This document shows, one piece after another, positions 53,753-63,630 of a stretch of 64,000 nt of DNA. The notes beneath the pieces are model-generated. The model had not been told where the DNA came from and did no database searches. It saw nothing but the letters and a program-made list of their open reading frames with translations. The translations under genes were made by a program, and so were the position numbers. This DNA comes from Akkermansia muciniphila (GTDB lineage Bacteria; Verrucomicrobiota; Verrucomicrobiia; Verrucomicrobiales; DEV007): positions 1 to 64,000 of the forward strand of contig CAMCXS010000026.1 of the NCBI GenBank assembly GCA_945883495.1. Reading direction: 5' to 3'. How positions within the stretch are numbered: position 1 is the stretch's first letter; every line of letters starts with the position of its first letter.

Positions 53753-56446
53753 CTATTTTTCTGGATTGAAATTCAGGATCTTCTTCTTATTCCCCTTGCT
53801 GATTGTGACGATGCCGCTGTTGTAATCGGCATTGAGGAACGGACTTTCAAAGACCTTGTCTGGCGCGTAATTGACTGGCGTTCCGTTGATGGTGGGAATT
53901 TCTTGATAGCTGCTGTCGAAGGTCATCTTGTCGCCATACACAGTCTTGTAGTGGAGCACGGAGCCTTGCATGCGCAGTTCGCATGACTTCACCTTGGCCT
54001 TGAAGGCATCAAGGCTGTCGATGTCCGTCTTTGCCATGACCTCGACGATCACCGGGCTGAATTCGTCCTTCATGACCATAGTGGTGCCCGGGTTGGTGTT
54101 GTAAACATAGCCTTCCGGCTTCTTGATGGTGTAAATCTCTTTGTTGAACTTATATCCTCCACGGACAGCCCTGATGGCGGCGTAGGCACCGGCTTGCGCT
54201 TCCAAAAAGACGATGCCGTCTTCCTCCACCGGATCGGTGAGGCCGGCCTCTGACATCCAGACGATCATCTCCTTGCCGCCTTGGGAATCCTTGAGTTTCT
54301 GGACAATCAGGCTGCCCTTGCTCTGGGCCGACCACTGGTTGTTCATTCCCCGGACTCCGTTGGGTCGGACGGTGGGGACAATTCGTGCTCCGCGAGGATC
54401 AGCGAAAATAACCCCCTGCCAGCGCCCCTGGCTACTGATCGCCAGCCAGTCCTTCATGGGGCGTGCTTCAGACATCGGCGACCCGATGATGAAGGCGGGA
54501 TCGCAATAGTTGTAGCGGAGGATTCCCCCTCTTTCCTGGCTTGCTGTATTTGGCTCGGCCTCCCGGGTGGCTTTTGTATCGGAACGTCCCTGCTTGCCGA
54601 GCCCTTGCGGTTGTTGTCTGATTTCATAACGTCCGCGCCCGGCAACATCGAGGGCGATATCCGCTATGACCGCTGGCGGATGGTAGTCACTCAGGGCTGC
54701 GTTCATATCCTGACCATGAACCTCCGGTTGCTCGCCAATTCCAAAATACAACCATGCCAGCGTCTGGGTGCCATGTTCTGGCAGAGGCATGATGGCTTCG
54801 TGGAAGGAAATGCGGGATTTTCCGCCACCGGTAATCCCACCGATCTGTTCTTGAGCCCAGTAGGCCCAGAAGAGATCGAGCAGCATATCGGCAGCCTTAT
54901 GGACTTTAGGATCTCCGAAGTCCCGAAAATTATAAATTCCCTTCAGCCATACGGAGTTGTAGTGATCGCTCATCATTTCGACACCGATGCTCTTCCTGGC
55001 ACGCTCCAGGGCATAGGTGACAAAATACCCGTTCCAGGCCTGGTAGTGTTCCGCAAGTGTTCCCCCGGATTTGCACTTCTGGTCTTTGTATTCCGGCAGG
55101 TCTTTGGCATATTTCGCGAAATGCCAATGCACCGTGAAATCCATGACGTGGTGGTTCTCCGAACTGTAAAGATTCCACGTCCTGGATTTTTCATATTCCG
55201 CTTTCTGGAGGGATGATCCGGCCTTAACATACTCCCAGATCGGTTTCAGGCAGAGGGCTTCCGTTTCAGGAGTGAGGCGGCCAGCATGCGCGGTACCCTT
55301 GGAGCCATATATCTCGATCAGGCGCATCACCTGCTCGCCATGCCAGTGGAAGCTGTCGCGGTCATTAATGTCCTTGGGGTTGTCGATGTAATGCTGCGCA
55401 TTCTCCCGAAGGGCCGCGTTCGCCTCATCGATCATCTCATTGAGATAAAAGCACCGTGAAGCAAAGGCGATCAGAGACCAAGAGTAGTGGCGGGAGAAAT
55501 TGCCCCTTCCTGCACCCATCGGCGGCAGGATCTTCTTCCTGACCAACGGCTTGCCGGACTCCGCACGAAACATGGCGTCAACCCGCTTCCCAAAGCCCGC
55601 GGCCACCGCCTCGGGATCTTGCGTGCTAACCGCATTGCGTTGATTTCCCACGGTGTTTCCGGCTGCTGCTCCCTTCCCCGGCAACGCATCAAGAACGCTT
55701 TGCGCCACCTGATCGCCCAGTGCGTTGCAACCCTTCGGATTGAAGTGGACATCCTTGGGCGCGAACCACCATTCCTGCTGATTCGGCTTCGCAAGCGAAT
55801 ACAGGTCGTTGACCAGAACTTCTGGATAATCCTTCAGAACCTCTCTCGCCGCGTCGTTGTAGCGGAGGGCATCGCCGTGTATGCGGCCTTTCGAATTTTG
55901 TGGCACCGGAGTTGTGGTAGCAAAAATCAGGCGGGCATCGGGCGCCATTTCACGAAGGTAGCGTATGATGGAATGCAGGTTCTTCTTGTAATCATTGATG
56001 GGCGTCACCTGTGCCCCTTTCGCAATGTCCATCTTGCCATCGAGTACGTACTTGAGGTCGTGCAAGCCCACGTTGAAATGGATCACATCCCACTGGAAAT
56101 TCCAAGGTGAGTCGAGCTCCGGATTGCGCATGGTGGTGTGCATCTCGTTCATGAGTTCGATGAACTTCCCCGAATGGTTCCCATTCGCATGCAGGCGGTA
56201 AACATTGGCCTTGTCATTCAACCGATCCCTCACCCGCTTGGTATACATGATTGAGATCGAGTCTCCGTAGAGCAGGACATTGGGAAGGTCGGGCTTGTTG
56301 TGCACATACTCAAAAGCTTCGATCGTTGCTGGTTTTTGTTCTGTGAGGATGGCTTTCCATGCCTCCTCGGCCGACTTTTTCGGAACTTCTTCCCCAATGG
56401 CGGCACTTGCCATGGCCAACATCAAAATACCTGTAAGTTTTTTCAT
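53753..56446 (-). CDS. fusion protein: N-terminal SGNH (GDSL-like) hydrolase plus C-terminal alpha/alpha-toroid and beta-sandwich module (polysaccharide-lyase/heparinase-like); paralogue of 61693-63630
   Basis: Start MKKLTGILMLAMASAAIGEE (signal peptide). VLLYGDSISIMY is the GDS(L) block. The C-terminal 620 aa align well with the 61693-63630 protein (shared stretches SFHWH, WAYWAQEQ, YFGIGE, LSDY.PPAV). Confidence 0.7.
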   Translation of the reverse strand: MKKLTGILMLAMASAAIGEEVPKKSAEEAWKAILTEQKPATIEAFEYVHNKPDLPNVLLYGDSISIMYTKRVRDRLNDKANVYRLHANGNHSGKFIELMNEMHTTMRNPELDSPWNFQWDVIHFNVGLHDLKYVLDGKMDIAKGAQVTPINDYKKNLHSIIRYLREMAPDARLIFATTTPVPQNSKGRIHGDALRYNDAAREVLKDYPEVLVNDLYSLAKPNQQEWWFAPKDVHFNPKGCNALGDQVAQSVLDALPGKGAAAGNTVGNQRNAVSTQDPEAVAAGFGKRVDAMFRAESGKPLVRKKILPPMGAGRGNFSRHYSWSLIAFASRCFYLNEMIDEANAALRENAQHYIDNPKDINDRDSFHWHGEQVMRLIEIYGSKGTAHAGRLTPETEALCLKPIWEYVKAGSSLQKAEYEKSRTWNLYSSENHHVMDFTVHWHFAKYAKDLPEYKDQKCKSGGTLAEHYQAWNGYFVTYALERARKSIGVEMMSDHYNSVWLKGIYNFRDFGDPKVHKAADMLLDLFWAYWAQEQIGGITGGGKSRISFHEAIMPLPEHGTQTLAWLYFGIGEQPEVHGQDMNAALSDYHPPAVIADIALDVAGRGRYEIRQQPQGLGKQGRSDTKATREAEPNTASQERGGILRYNYCDPAFIIGSPMSEARPMKDWLAISSQGRWQGVIFADPRGARIVPTVRPNGVRGMNNQWSAQSKGSLIVQKLKDSQGGKEMIVWMSEAGLTDPVEEDGIVFLEAQAGAYAAIRAVRGGYKFNKEIYTIKKPEGYVYNTNPGTTMVMKDEFSPVIVEVMAKTDIDSLDAFKAKVKSCELRMQGSVLHYKTVYGDKMTFDSSYQEIPTINGTPVNYAPDKVFESPFLNADYNSGIVTISKGNKKKILNFNPEK

Positions 56447-56539
56447 TATATCATGAGCTTTGGGTTTCAGGATGCGTTTGGTTTCATTCATCTGCGAATC
56501 AGCATTCATTCAATTACGCTCCGGTTGTCTGGAATACCA

Positions 56540-57492
56540 TCAATTCAATAGCTCGATCTCACGCATCCATTTGAGACACTCCTCCGGCCATGCGGTTGCA
56601 TCCGTGCCCTTCTTTCCAAGACCATAACCGTGTCCGCCTTGTCCATACGTGAGCATCTTGCATTTGACTCCCTTTGCTTTGAGGGCTTCTAAGAACAGTT
56701 GGCTGTTCCTGATGGGCACAACTGTGTCGTCCTCCGAGCACACAAGCAGGGTGGGCGGCGTCCGATCTGAGACGTGCTTATGGCTGGATGCCTGATTGAT
56801 CAATTCATCATCTGGATCTGGACCCAGCAGGTTCTTTCTGGAACCCGAATGCGTTGTTGGCATTTCCATGGTAATCACCGGATAGACCAGAACGGAGAAA
56901 TCAGGACGACTGCCCACGCGCCGGACGGGATCATCGGACTGCGGATCGGCGGCGACATGGTTCACCGTGGCCGTCGAGGCAGTATGCCCACCGGCGCTGA
57001 AGCCCATCACGCCGACGCGGCCCGGATCGATGTCCCATTTTACCGCATTCGAGCGGACCAACTGAATTGCCCTCTGCACATCCGTCATCGGCACGGGATA
57101 GCGGTAGGGTGCGAAGCGATAGCGGAGCACCATGGCGGTGATCCCCCTGTCCCGGAACCATTTCGCGGTGGTTATCCCCTCTTTCCGGAAGGCTAAGCCC
57201 GAATAGGAACCGCCGGGGCAGATGATGACTGCGGCACGCGTCAGTTTGCTGCCCTTCGCATGAAACACATCGATCGCGGGGTCGCGGACGAACCGGTAAT
57301 AGCCATATTTGTCGAAAACTGTCTCGGGAATCGGGCCGGTATTGTTCCATACGGGTTTTCCCGGAGGCTCGCCGTTGTAGAGCATGATCTGTTCATCTTG
57401 TCCGTCGACCATAGTAGGGTTCTTCGGCTCGGCCAGGGCGACGCTGAAAAGAACTGTCGCGAGAATGAATGAGAAACAGGTGAGGATTTTCA
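56540..57492 (-). CDS. alpha/beta-hydrolase-fold esterase (acetyl-xylan-esterase/lipase-like)
   Basis: Internal start MKILTCFSFILATVLFSVALA (signal peptide). The nucleophile elbow GFSAGGH and a His/Asp C-terminal region fit a carbohydrate-esterase alpha/beta hydrolase. About 317 aa. Confidence 0.7.
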
Positions 57493-57530
57493 TAAATCTG
57501 TGATGTGTGTCGTGGGATAGATTGTTCTGG

Positions 57531-59471
57531 CTAGGGGGCTGTGTTTCGCAAGGTGAATGATCGGATCGACACGCCGCCGTATTCGGGGCCACTGCGAGTC
57601 CAGACATGTTTGCCATATTCTTCGGGCACTCGACGGGTGAAACTGATGGTGTTCTTGCCTTTGACCAAGGAAATCGTAACTGGCTTTGATTCCCCCCATT
57701 CCCCGATCGTGTAAGGCAGGGGCAAGTCAATCATGGATTCGCTACCATTGAGGTTGAATTGCAAGGATTGGTCGCGGCCAATGGTTACCACCTTCGCGGA
57801 AAGTTGGTAATTTCCGGCGGCGGGAGCATTTACTTCATAAACGAATTTCTCCGGGGAACCCTTGCGCTTGTAGTGCAACTGCAATCCGCCGAGACGGGAT
57901 TTCATGAACAAGATCTTGCCTGTGCTCTGTGTGGGGCTGACACAGGCGGCGGCGGGGATGGTTATGGTGCCATTATCGCCGGCCACGATGCGCCGATCCT
58001 CATCGCTCTTTGTGACGGAGACGAGCGGGGCGTTTTCTTCTGCTGCTCGATTGAAGTCCTTGATCAACGCGAAAGTATCCAGAGCCCATGGTATTTGTTT
58101 CCCATCGCAATCGGGCCAGGCATCGGAAGCGATGGCGCGCCGCTGGTTAAGTGCCAGTGCGTGCCAGAATCCGCCAGTGCCTGATTTTATGCCGTCGATG
58201 CGTTCCTGACCCAAGGCGTCCCCCAGCCACTCACAGCGCAGGGCCTTGAGGTATTCCGTCGGGTTCTCGCGAGCCATTTGATCAAGCCGGAAGACTGTGG
58301 ACCACATGTTGTAATGATCCTTGTCCCAGAAAGAACCAGTGACGGCGACACCCAGTGCGGTAGTCCAGCCATGGGGCGTCCAGTAGGTCATGCCGGTGTG
58401 AGCCTTCACCCGCGCGCCCCAAGTCGGGATGCCGAAGGCGCGGGTGGTAGCGCGACCGAGGGTGGCCTTGGGGCCGCAGCGCCCGCCGTTGCAGACGACC
58501 GACTGGAGTCGGGAAGCATCGTCGTCATACTGGGGCGTGGTTTGCGGAATCTCGCTGTTTATCGCCATGTATTTCTCGCGGACGTATTCGGTATCCACGG
58601 TGTCGGGTCGGTAGTTGTTCACCGTCATCCGCAGCCAGGCCAGCATCTCCTCGGTTTCGTAGTCGTTAATAATGTAACGGCATTCCCAAGTGGTCATGTC
58701 CTTGAATTGCGGATCGAGTTCACCTGCCAGATACCACTTTTCATAGGCGAGGTAGCGTTTGAGCGGATCGATGCTGCGGTAATCGGACGTTTCCCGCGCG
58801 GCGAGTTCAAGGGCAGTGGCGATGGCGAGCCGGGCGAGGATGCCTTGCTGTAATTCTTTGCTGGCGGTGCGGATGGATTGCAGGATTTCCATCGCCTGGC
58901 CGTAGTGACCCATCATGGCCCCTCCGGCGATGAGCATCTCCCTCATCAGGTTATGGTCGACGAGCAAAGTATCAATCCTGTTCTTGTGCTCGGCGCTCTG
59001 CTGGGCGTAAACGGCCAGCCCTCGCGGGGTGGCTTGAGCGATCACAGCGGCTTTCACCAGAACTGGATCCAGTGCGTCGCTACCGAGAAAGCCGTTGAGC
59101 TGCCGGAGCAGGGGGCGCGCTTTGGCAAGGGTGGCCTTCTGGCGAGAAAAATCCTTGTAGATCCCCGTGTCGCGCTTTTGCTGCGGCTTCTCTTTGCTGC
59201 CGGGTTTTACGGTGGTGAATTTGGGGCCTTCGTCCGTATGAGCTTTCAGAAACGCTTCTTTCTCGGTCGTGGAAACCTCCGGCCCCGATTCGGAAACTTT
59301 CGTCTGCAGCGACTTCAACATCGCGGCGTATTCCGACTCGAGTTTCTCACCCGTCGCGGTCAGTGGCACGGGTTCAGATTTTTTCTGCGGGGCGGCGTAC
59401 GACTCATACGCGCCCAGCATTATAATGGCGAGGAATCGCAAGGCACGCATGGAATGTTGCTTTAAGGTCAT
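57531..59471 (-). CDS. secreted hypothetical protein (646 aa) in the glycan locus
   Basis: Signal peptide (ALRFLAIIMLGAYESYAAPQ). A large alpha/beta region with a beta-sandwich-like C-terminus. Start overlaps the upstream stop by 4 nt. Confidence 0.55.
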   Translation of the reverse strand: MTLKQHSMRALRFLAIIMLGAYESYAAPQKKSEPVPLTATGEKLESEYAAMLKSLQTKVSESGPEVSTTEKEAFLKAHTDEGPKFTTVKPGSKEKPQQKRDTGIYKDFSRQKATLAKARPLLRQLNGFLGSDALDPVLVKAAVIAQATPRGLAVYAQQSAEHKNRIDTLLVDHNLMREMLIAGGAMMGHYGQAMEILQSIRTASKELQQGILARLAIATALELAARETSDYRSIDPLKRYLAYEKWYLAGELDPQFKDMTTWECRYIINDYETEEMLAWLRMTVNNYRPDTVDTEYVREKYMAINSEIPQTTPQYDDDASRLQSVVCNGGRCGPKATLGRATTRAFGIPTWGARVKAHTGMTYWTPHGWTTALGVAVTGSFWDKDHYNMWSTVFRLDQMARENPTEYLKALRCEWLGDALGQERIDGIKSGTGGFWHALALNQRRAIASDAWPDCDGKQIPWALDTFALIKDFNRAAEENAPLVSVTKSDEDRRIVAGDNGTITIPAAACVSPTQSTGKILFMKSRLGGLQLHYKRKGSPEKFVYEVNAPAAGNYQLSAKVVTIGRDQSLQFNLNGSESMIDLPLPYTIGEWGESKPVTISLVKGKNTISFTRRVPEEYGKHVWTRSGPEYGGVSIRSFTLRNTAP

Positions 59472-60469
59472 TTTGTAACGTCAGGATTGGTGGGTGTTCT
59501 TTCTACTTTCGCATACTCATCCCAATGTTTCTGTATCAGGTTCACGTCGGAAACCTTCGATGTCACCAAGTAGCGGTAGCGCGAAACGTAGTCCTCGTCA
59601 GGCGCGATCTTGAACGGACCTTCGATCATCGGCGAAAAGCAGAAATAGGGTTTATTCGGGTGAATCCGCACGGCTTGGGGTGCGCGGAAGTTTTTGGGAC
59701 TGCAAAAAACGGCGACCGACACGTACTGGCCGTCAATCTGGCCGGAGAGGGCGACCCAATTGGGGCGGGTGTGATTGCCCTCTCTGCGATCCTTGCCGTC
59801 GCTGGTCAGAAACTGCAGGTCACCCGGCTTCAGGCTGCGATCTTCTTCTCCTTTCAGCCACTGGTAGTTGCCGCGGATGGCCATGCCGCCGTAATGGTAT
59901 TTGGCCAGGCTCAGCGGCTTGTCGGTGGCGCACCGTTGAACGCTGACGACGTCGAAGAGAAAGTGATCCGCCGGGGTTTGATGAACGGTGACTGTCCAGA
60001 CCTCATGGAGCACATCAATCCACTTATCGCCCACCTTCACCATGAACGCGTTTTTGACGCTAAAGGAGACCTTCTGCTCCTCCCGCATCCGGTTCACCAC
60101 TTCGCGAAACTCGATTTTCCCAGAATCCTTCGCCTGATTCCAGAAGTCAACTTCCTTGCTGTCGTAGCCGGCTTTTGTCCAGGCAAAGAACAGCGCGTGT
60201 TGATGGGCATGATCCTTGGGATAGTCGCCCGTGAGTTCCTGCCCGGTCGGGGTGTAAAGGGGATGAATGTAACCGCTGCGGCTGAAGTGCTGCTCAATGC
60301 CCTCGGGCACTGGCCTTGCGGTCTTGACGTATTCGAGCACTGTTTTGTCGCGCTGGCTGATGCGAATGGTGTCGGCTGTCTCCGTGAGGCTCAGCTCGCC
60401 GCCCCGCACGGTCATGGGAGCGGTGGTGAACGAGCAGAAAAGCGCGAGTAGTGTTGTCGTGACTTTCAT
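59468..60469 (-). CDS. secreted hypothetical protein (possibly PmoA/DUF6807-like)
   Basis: Signal peptide MKVTTTLLALFCSFTTAPMTV. Beta-rich, 333 aa. The family call is tentative. Confidence 0.5.
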   Translation of the reverse strand: MKVTTTLLALFCSFTTAPMTVRGGELSLTETADTIRISQRDKTVLEYVKTARPVPEGIEQHFSRSGYIHPLYTPTGQELTGDYPKDHAHQHALFFAWTKAGYDSKEVDFWNQAKDSGKIEFREVVNRMREEQKVSFSVKNAFMVKVGDKWIDVLHEVWTVTVHQTPADHFLFDVVSVQRCATDKPLSLAKYHYGGMAIRGNYQWLKGEEDRSLKPGDLQFLTSDGKDRREGNHTRPNWVALSGQIDGQYVSVAVFCSPKNFRAPQAVRIHPNKPYFCFSPMIEGPFKIAPDEDYVSRYRYLVTSKVSDVNLIQKHWDEYAKVERTPTNPDVTK

Positions 60470-60558
60470 GGTTAGCTTTTTCTAGTTGGGGTGAGAATGC
60501 AGGAATCTACTTCTTTTTTGCCGGGGGAACGAAATCGTGGTCGACGAACTGTTTTTTA

Positions 60559-60864
60559 TCAAAGGCGCTTCTGTCTACCACAACGATAGAATGGCATCTC
60601 GGTTGAAACCGCGGCCCGACTCGGCGTGCAACTCGGCGCGCTGACAAAGGCGTCGTTGAACACCACACCGCTCCGGCCAATCGCATCGAGAGTTGGAGTG
60701 TGGATGACGTCATTCAAGCCCGGCCTCTGTGCATCCCGATAAATGCTCGCGTAGAGTCCCCAGTCATCGGAGAAGCAGAACAAGATATTGGGACGATCTT
60801 CAGCCAGGGCGGACATCGTCCACGCGAGACTGATTAGAGCCGAGATGAGAAACGGTTTGTTCAT
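60559..60864 (-). pseudogene. sulfatase N-terminal remnant (101 codons; rest deleted)
   Basis: MNKPFLISALISLAWTMSALAEDRPNILFCFSDDWG...SAPSCTPSRAAV, a signal peptide plus the C-x-P-S-R catalytic motif, then a stop after 101 aa. No sulfatase-like continuation in any frame before the next gene at 60469. The start still overlaps the upstream stop in ATGA style. Confidence 0.55.
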
Positions 60865-61559
60865 GGCTGCTTTGCTTCAGGTTTCGAGTGTTTTAAGAGT
60901 TCGATTGCTCTGCTGGCAAATCGTTCAGCGAGGAGTTGATAGCCCTCTTTTGTATAATGCAGATCGTTCGTCTCGCCATTGAGATCGTCCGTGTTCACCC
61001 AGGCGGCATGTGGGCCAGCTTCTCCGAGTTTCTGCTGAATATCCCTCATCCGGTCCCAGTCCTTGTTGCCCAGACCCGAGTCGCTCAGGCGGCCCATTAC
61101 ATAGTTTAGATTTTTGATCTTGAGCTCGGTTTTGATCTGATCAAGCAAACCTTGAAAAGCCTCCTGATAATGGTCGGAAAGGCCTTCCTTCGCGTCACGT
61201 TCCCCCTGCATCCAAACCAGCGTCACCGACTCGATGGGCCTGCCATTCAGCGCTGTCTTCGTCTGTTTCATGAGTTCCTCGTAGATGTCGCCAATCTGCT
61301 TCGGATTTTGAGCGCCAGTGAGCTTCCAGCCTTGATGCCAGCGGCGGATCGGTTGGCCGCTCTTGGCCACCTTCACGATCACCACGTTGTCAGCACCGAA
61401 ATGCTGCTGGATTTGCGGAGTGAATACTGGGCCGGGATTCAAGTTGGCCATGTTTGACTGTCCTGAGAGCAGAAACAGATGGACCGGCTCACCGGCCAAT
61501 GACAAGAACGGCGAAGCGAGGAAAAAAATGAGGGAAAGAAGTGCGGTGGTGGATGTCAT
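60861..61559 (-). CDS. sialate-O-acetylesterase-family SGNH hydrolase (single domain)
   Basis: Signal peptide. LFLLSGQSNMANL is the GQSNM motif. 232 aa. Confidence 0.75.
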   Translation of the reverse strand: MTSTTALLSLIFFLASPFLSLAGEPVHLFLLSGQSNMANLNPGPVFTPQIQQHFGADNVVIVKVAKSGQPIRRWHQGWKLTGAQNPKQIGDIYEELMKQTKTALNGRPIESVTLVWMQGERDAKEGLSDHYQEAFQGLLDQIKTELKIKNLNYVMGRLSDSGLGNKDWDRMRDIQQKLGEAGPHAAWVNTDDLNGETNDLHYTKEGYQLLAERFASRAIELLKHSKPEAKQP

Positions 61560-61692
61560 AAATTCGTGATTCTTTTATCGGATTTGCCAAAGCCCTCTGC
61601 TCGCCCTGTCACGGTCCCCTTTGAGCCATAAGCTGTGGCTGAGACAGTCCATTCTGCGAATGACTGAACGAGTCGGCTGTAACGGGTCATGA

Positions 61693-63630
61693 TCATCGGT
61701 TAAAATCCAAAACTTTGCGATGTTCGCCTTTCTGAATCGTGACCACGCCGTTGTTGTAGTCGGCATGGAGGAAGGGACTTTCGAGCACTTTTTTCGGGGC
61801 GTAAGTGACCGGTTTCCCGCTGATGGTCGGTGTCTGCTTCTGGCTGGTGTCAAAAGTTAGGAGGTCGCCGTAGATGGTCTTGTAAACCAGCAGCGAGCCC
61901 TTCATCTCCGGTTGGTTGGCCTTCACTTTCGTTTTGAAGGCATCGAAGCCTGTGACATCCTTCTTGGCCATGACTTCGAGGATTACCGGGGCGAAGTCGT
62001 CTATTGGCAGGATGACTCTGCCCGGTGGAGCCACTCGCGTGGGACCCTCCATTGAAGGGTTCGAGACCTTCTGCTCGGTGAGCTGGAAGTCACTCCCGAC
62101 CACACGGATGGCGGCATAAGCCCCTTCCGTTTCGACGAAAACCGCATCCCCGTCCCGCACCAGTGCTCCCATGCCTTCCAGCGGCATCCAGACGATCATC
62201 GGGCCGCCCGCCTTATGGCCCTTCAGTTTCTGAGTGATCAGGCTGCCCTTGCTCTGCACCGACCATTGGCCGTTGAGCACATCGCGCGCCTTCCCTTCCG
62301 GCCGGACGACGGGCACGATGCGCGCCGCAGGGTTATTGCCGAAGATGACGCCCTGCCAGCGGCTCTGGGCGCTAATGTGCACCCAGTCCTTGAGCGGTCG
62401 GGCTTCGGTCATGAGGGTCCCGATGGTGAACGCCGGATCACAGTAGCTATAGCGGATGATCCCTCCGCCGTCGGTCCGGAATTTATTGGGCTTCATGCTG
62501 TCCGACATCACCGCTTCTCCAACGCCTTGCTCGCCCAGCCCTTGGGCGCGTTGGATGATCTCATACGGGCCGTGGGCGCGTGCGGAACGGGCGATTTCCG
62601 CGACCACGGCCGGCGGCTCATAGTCACTGAGCAAGGCGTTGATTTCCCCTTGGATGATTTTTGGTTTTTCCCCGATACCGAAGTAAAACCAACCAAGAGC
62701 AGGAATCCCATGTGTGGCGTGTTTGAATCCATTCACGCCGCGGATGCGGGCTTTCCCTCCGCCCTCCACTCCGTGCAGTTGTTCCTGCGCCCAGTAGGCC
62801 CAATAAAGATCAAGAAACATTTCAGTGGACCGACGCACGTCCGGCTCCCCGAAGTCACGGAAATTGTAGAATCCCTTGAGCCAGACCGAATTGTATCCGG
62901 GGCACATGATCTCGATGCTGACGCCCTTCTTCGCCCGCTCACGGAAATAGACGACGATGTATTCGTTCCATGCCCGGTAGTAGTCCTCAAGGCTGGAACC
63001 GTTATCGAGTTTCAGCTTTTGGTAGTCGGGCTTGTTCCTCGCGATTTTTGCGAAGTGCCATTGCAGCGAGAAGTCCATGGCATGGTGGTTCTCCGTGCTG
63101 TGGAAATGCCAGGATTTCGTCGTGGCATGATCCGGCTTGTTGTGTTTTGCACTCTCCTTGACGTAGAGCCAGATTGGTTTCAGGCAAACGGCTTCGGTGT
63201 CCGCCGTGAGCCGCCCGGGATGGACAGTGCCATTCGGGCCATACATGTCGATCAAGCGCATGACGATATCCGCGTGCCAATGGAAGCTGTCGCGGTCGAT
63301 GATGTCCTTGGGGTTGTCGAGATAGTGTTTGGCATTCTCGACGAGAGCGGCGTTGGCCTCGTCGGGCATCTCACCGAGGTGGAAGCAGCGCGCGGCAAAG
63401 CCAACGATGGAATAGGAGTAGGCCCGCGTGTAGTTGCCACTTCCAGGGCGCAGTGGTGGCTGCTTGGCCTCCCTTTTCAGCGGCTTGCCGGCCTCTGCTT
63501 TGAACATCTCATTAGCACGATTTCTGAATTCAGTCAGCGGCTTCCCTTGCGCCGTTGTCCCAACGTCATTGCCAACTGCCGACCCCAAGAAGATAAGGCT
63601 CAACATCCATCCGTAAAACTGGTTCATCAC
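61693..63630 (-). CDS. alpha/alpha-toroid plus beta-sandwich protein (polysaccharide-lyase/heparinase-like); paralogue of the C-terminal part of 53753-56446
   Basis: Signal peptide MMNQFYGWMLSLIFLGSAVG. 645 aa. Extensive similarity to the C-terminal 620 aa of the upstream fusion protein. Confidence 0.7.
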   Translation of the reverse strand: MMNQFYGWMLSLIFLGSAVGNDVGTTAQGKPLTEFRNRANEMFKAEAGKPLKREAKQPPLRPGSGNYTRAYSYSIVGFAARCFHLGEMPDEANAALVENAKHYLDNPKDIIDRDSFHWHADIVMRLIDMYGPNGTVHPGRLTADTEAVCLKPIWLYVKESAKHNKPDHATTKSWHFHSTENHHAMDFSLQWHFAKIARNKPDYQKLKLDNGSSLEDYYRAWNEYIVVYFRERAKKGVSIEIMCPGYNSVWLKGFYNFRDFGEPDVRRSTEMFLDLYWAYWAQEQLHGVEGGGKARIRGVNGFKHATHGIPALGWFYFGIGEKPKIIQGEINALLSDYEPPAVVAEIARSARAHGPYEIIQRAQGLGEQGVGEAVMSDSMKPNKFRTDGGGIIRYSYCDPAFTIGTLMTEARPLKDWVHISAQSRWQGVIFGNNPAARIVPVVRPEGKARDVLNGQWSVQSKGSLITQKLKGHKAGGPMIVWMPLEGMGALVRDGDAVFVETEGAYAAIRVVGSDFQLTEQKVSNPSMEGPTRVAPPGRVILPIDDFAPVILEVMAKKDVTGFDAFKTKVKANQPEMKGSLLVYKTIYGDLLTFDTSQKQTPTISGKPVTYAPKKVLESPFLHADYNNGVVTIQKGEHRKVLDFNR

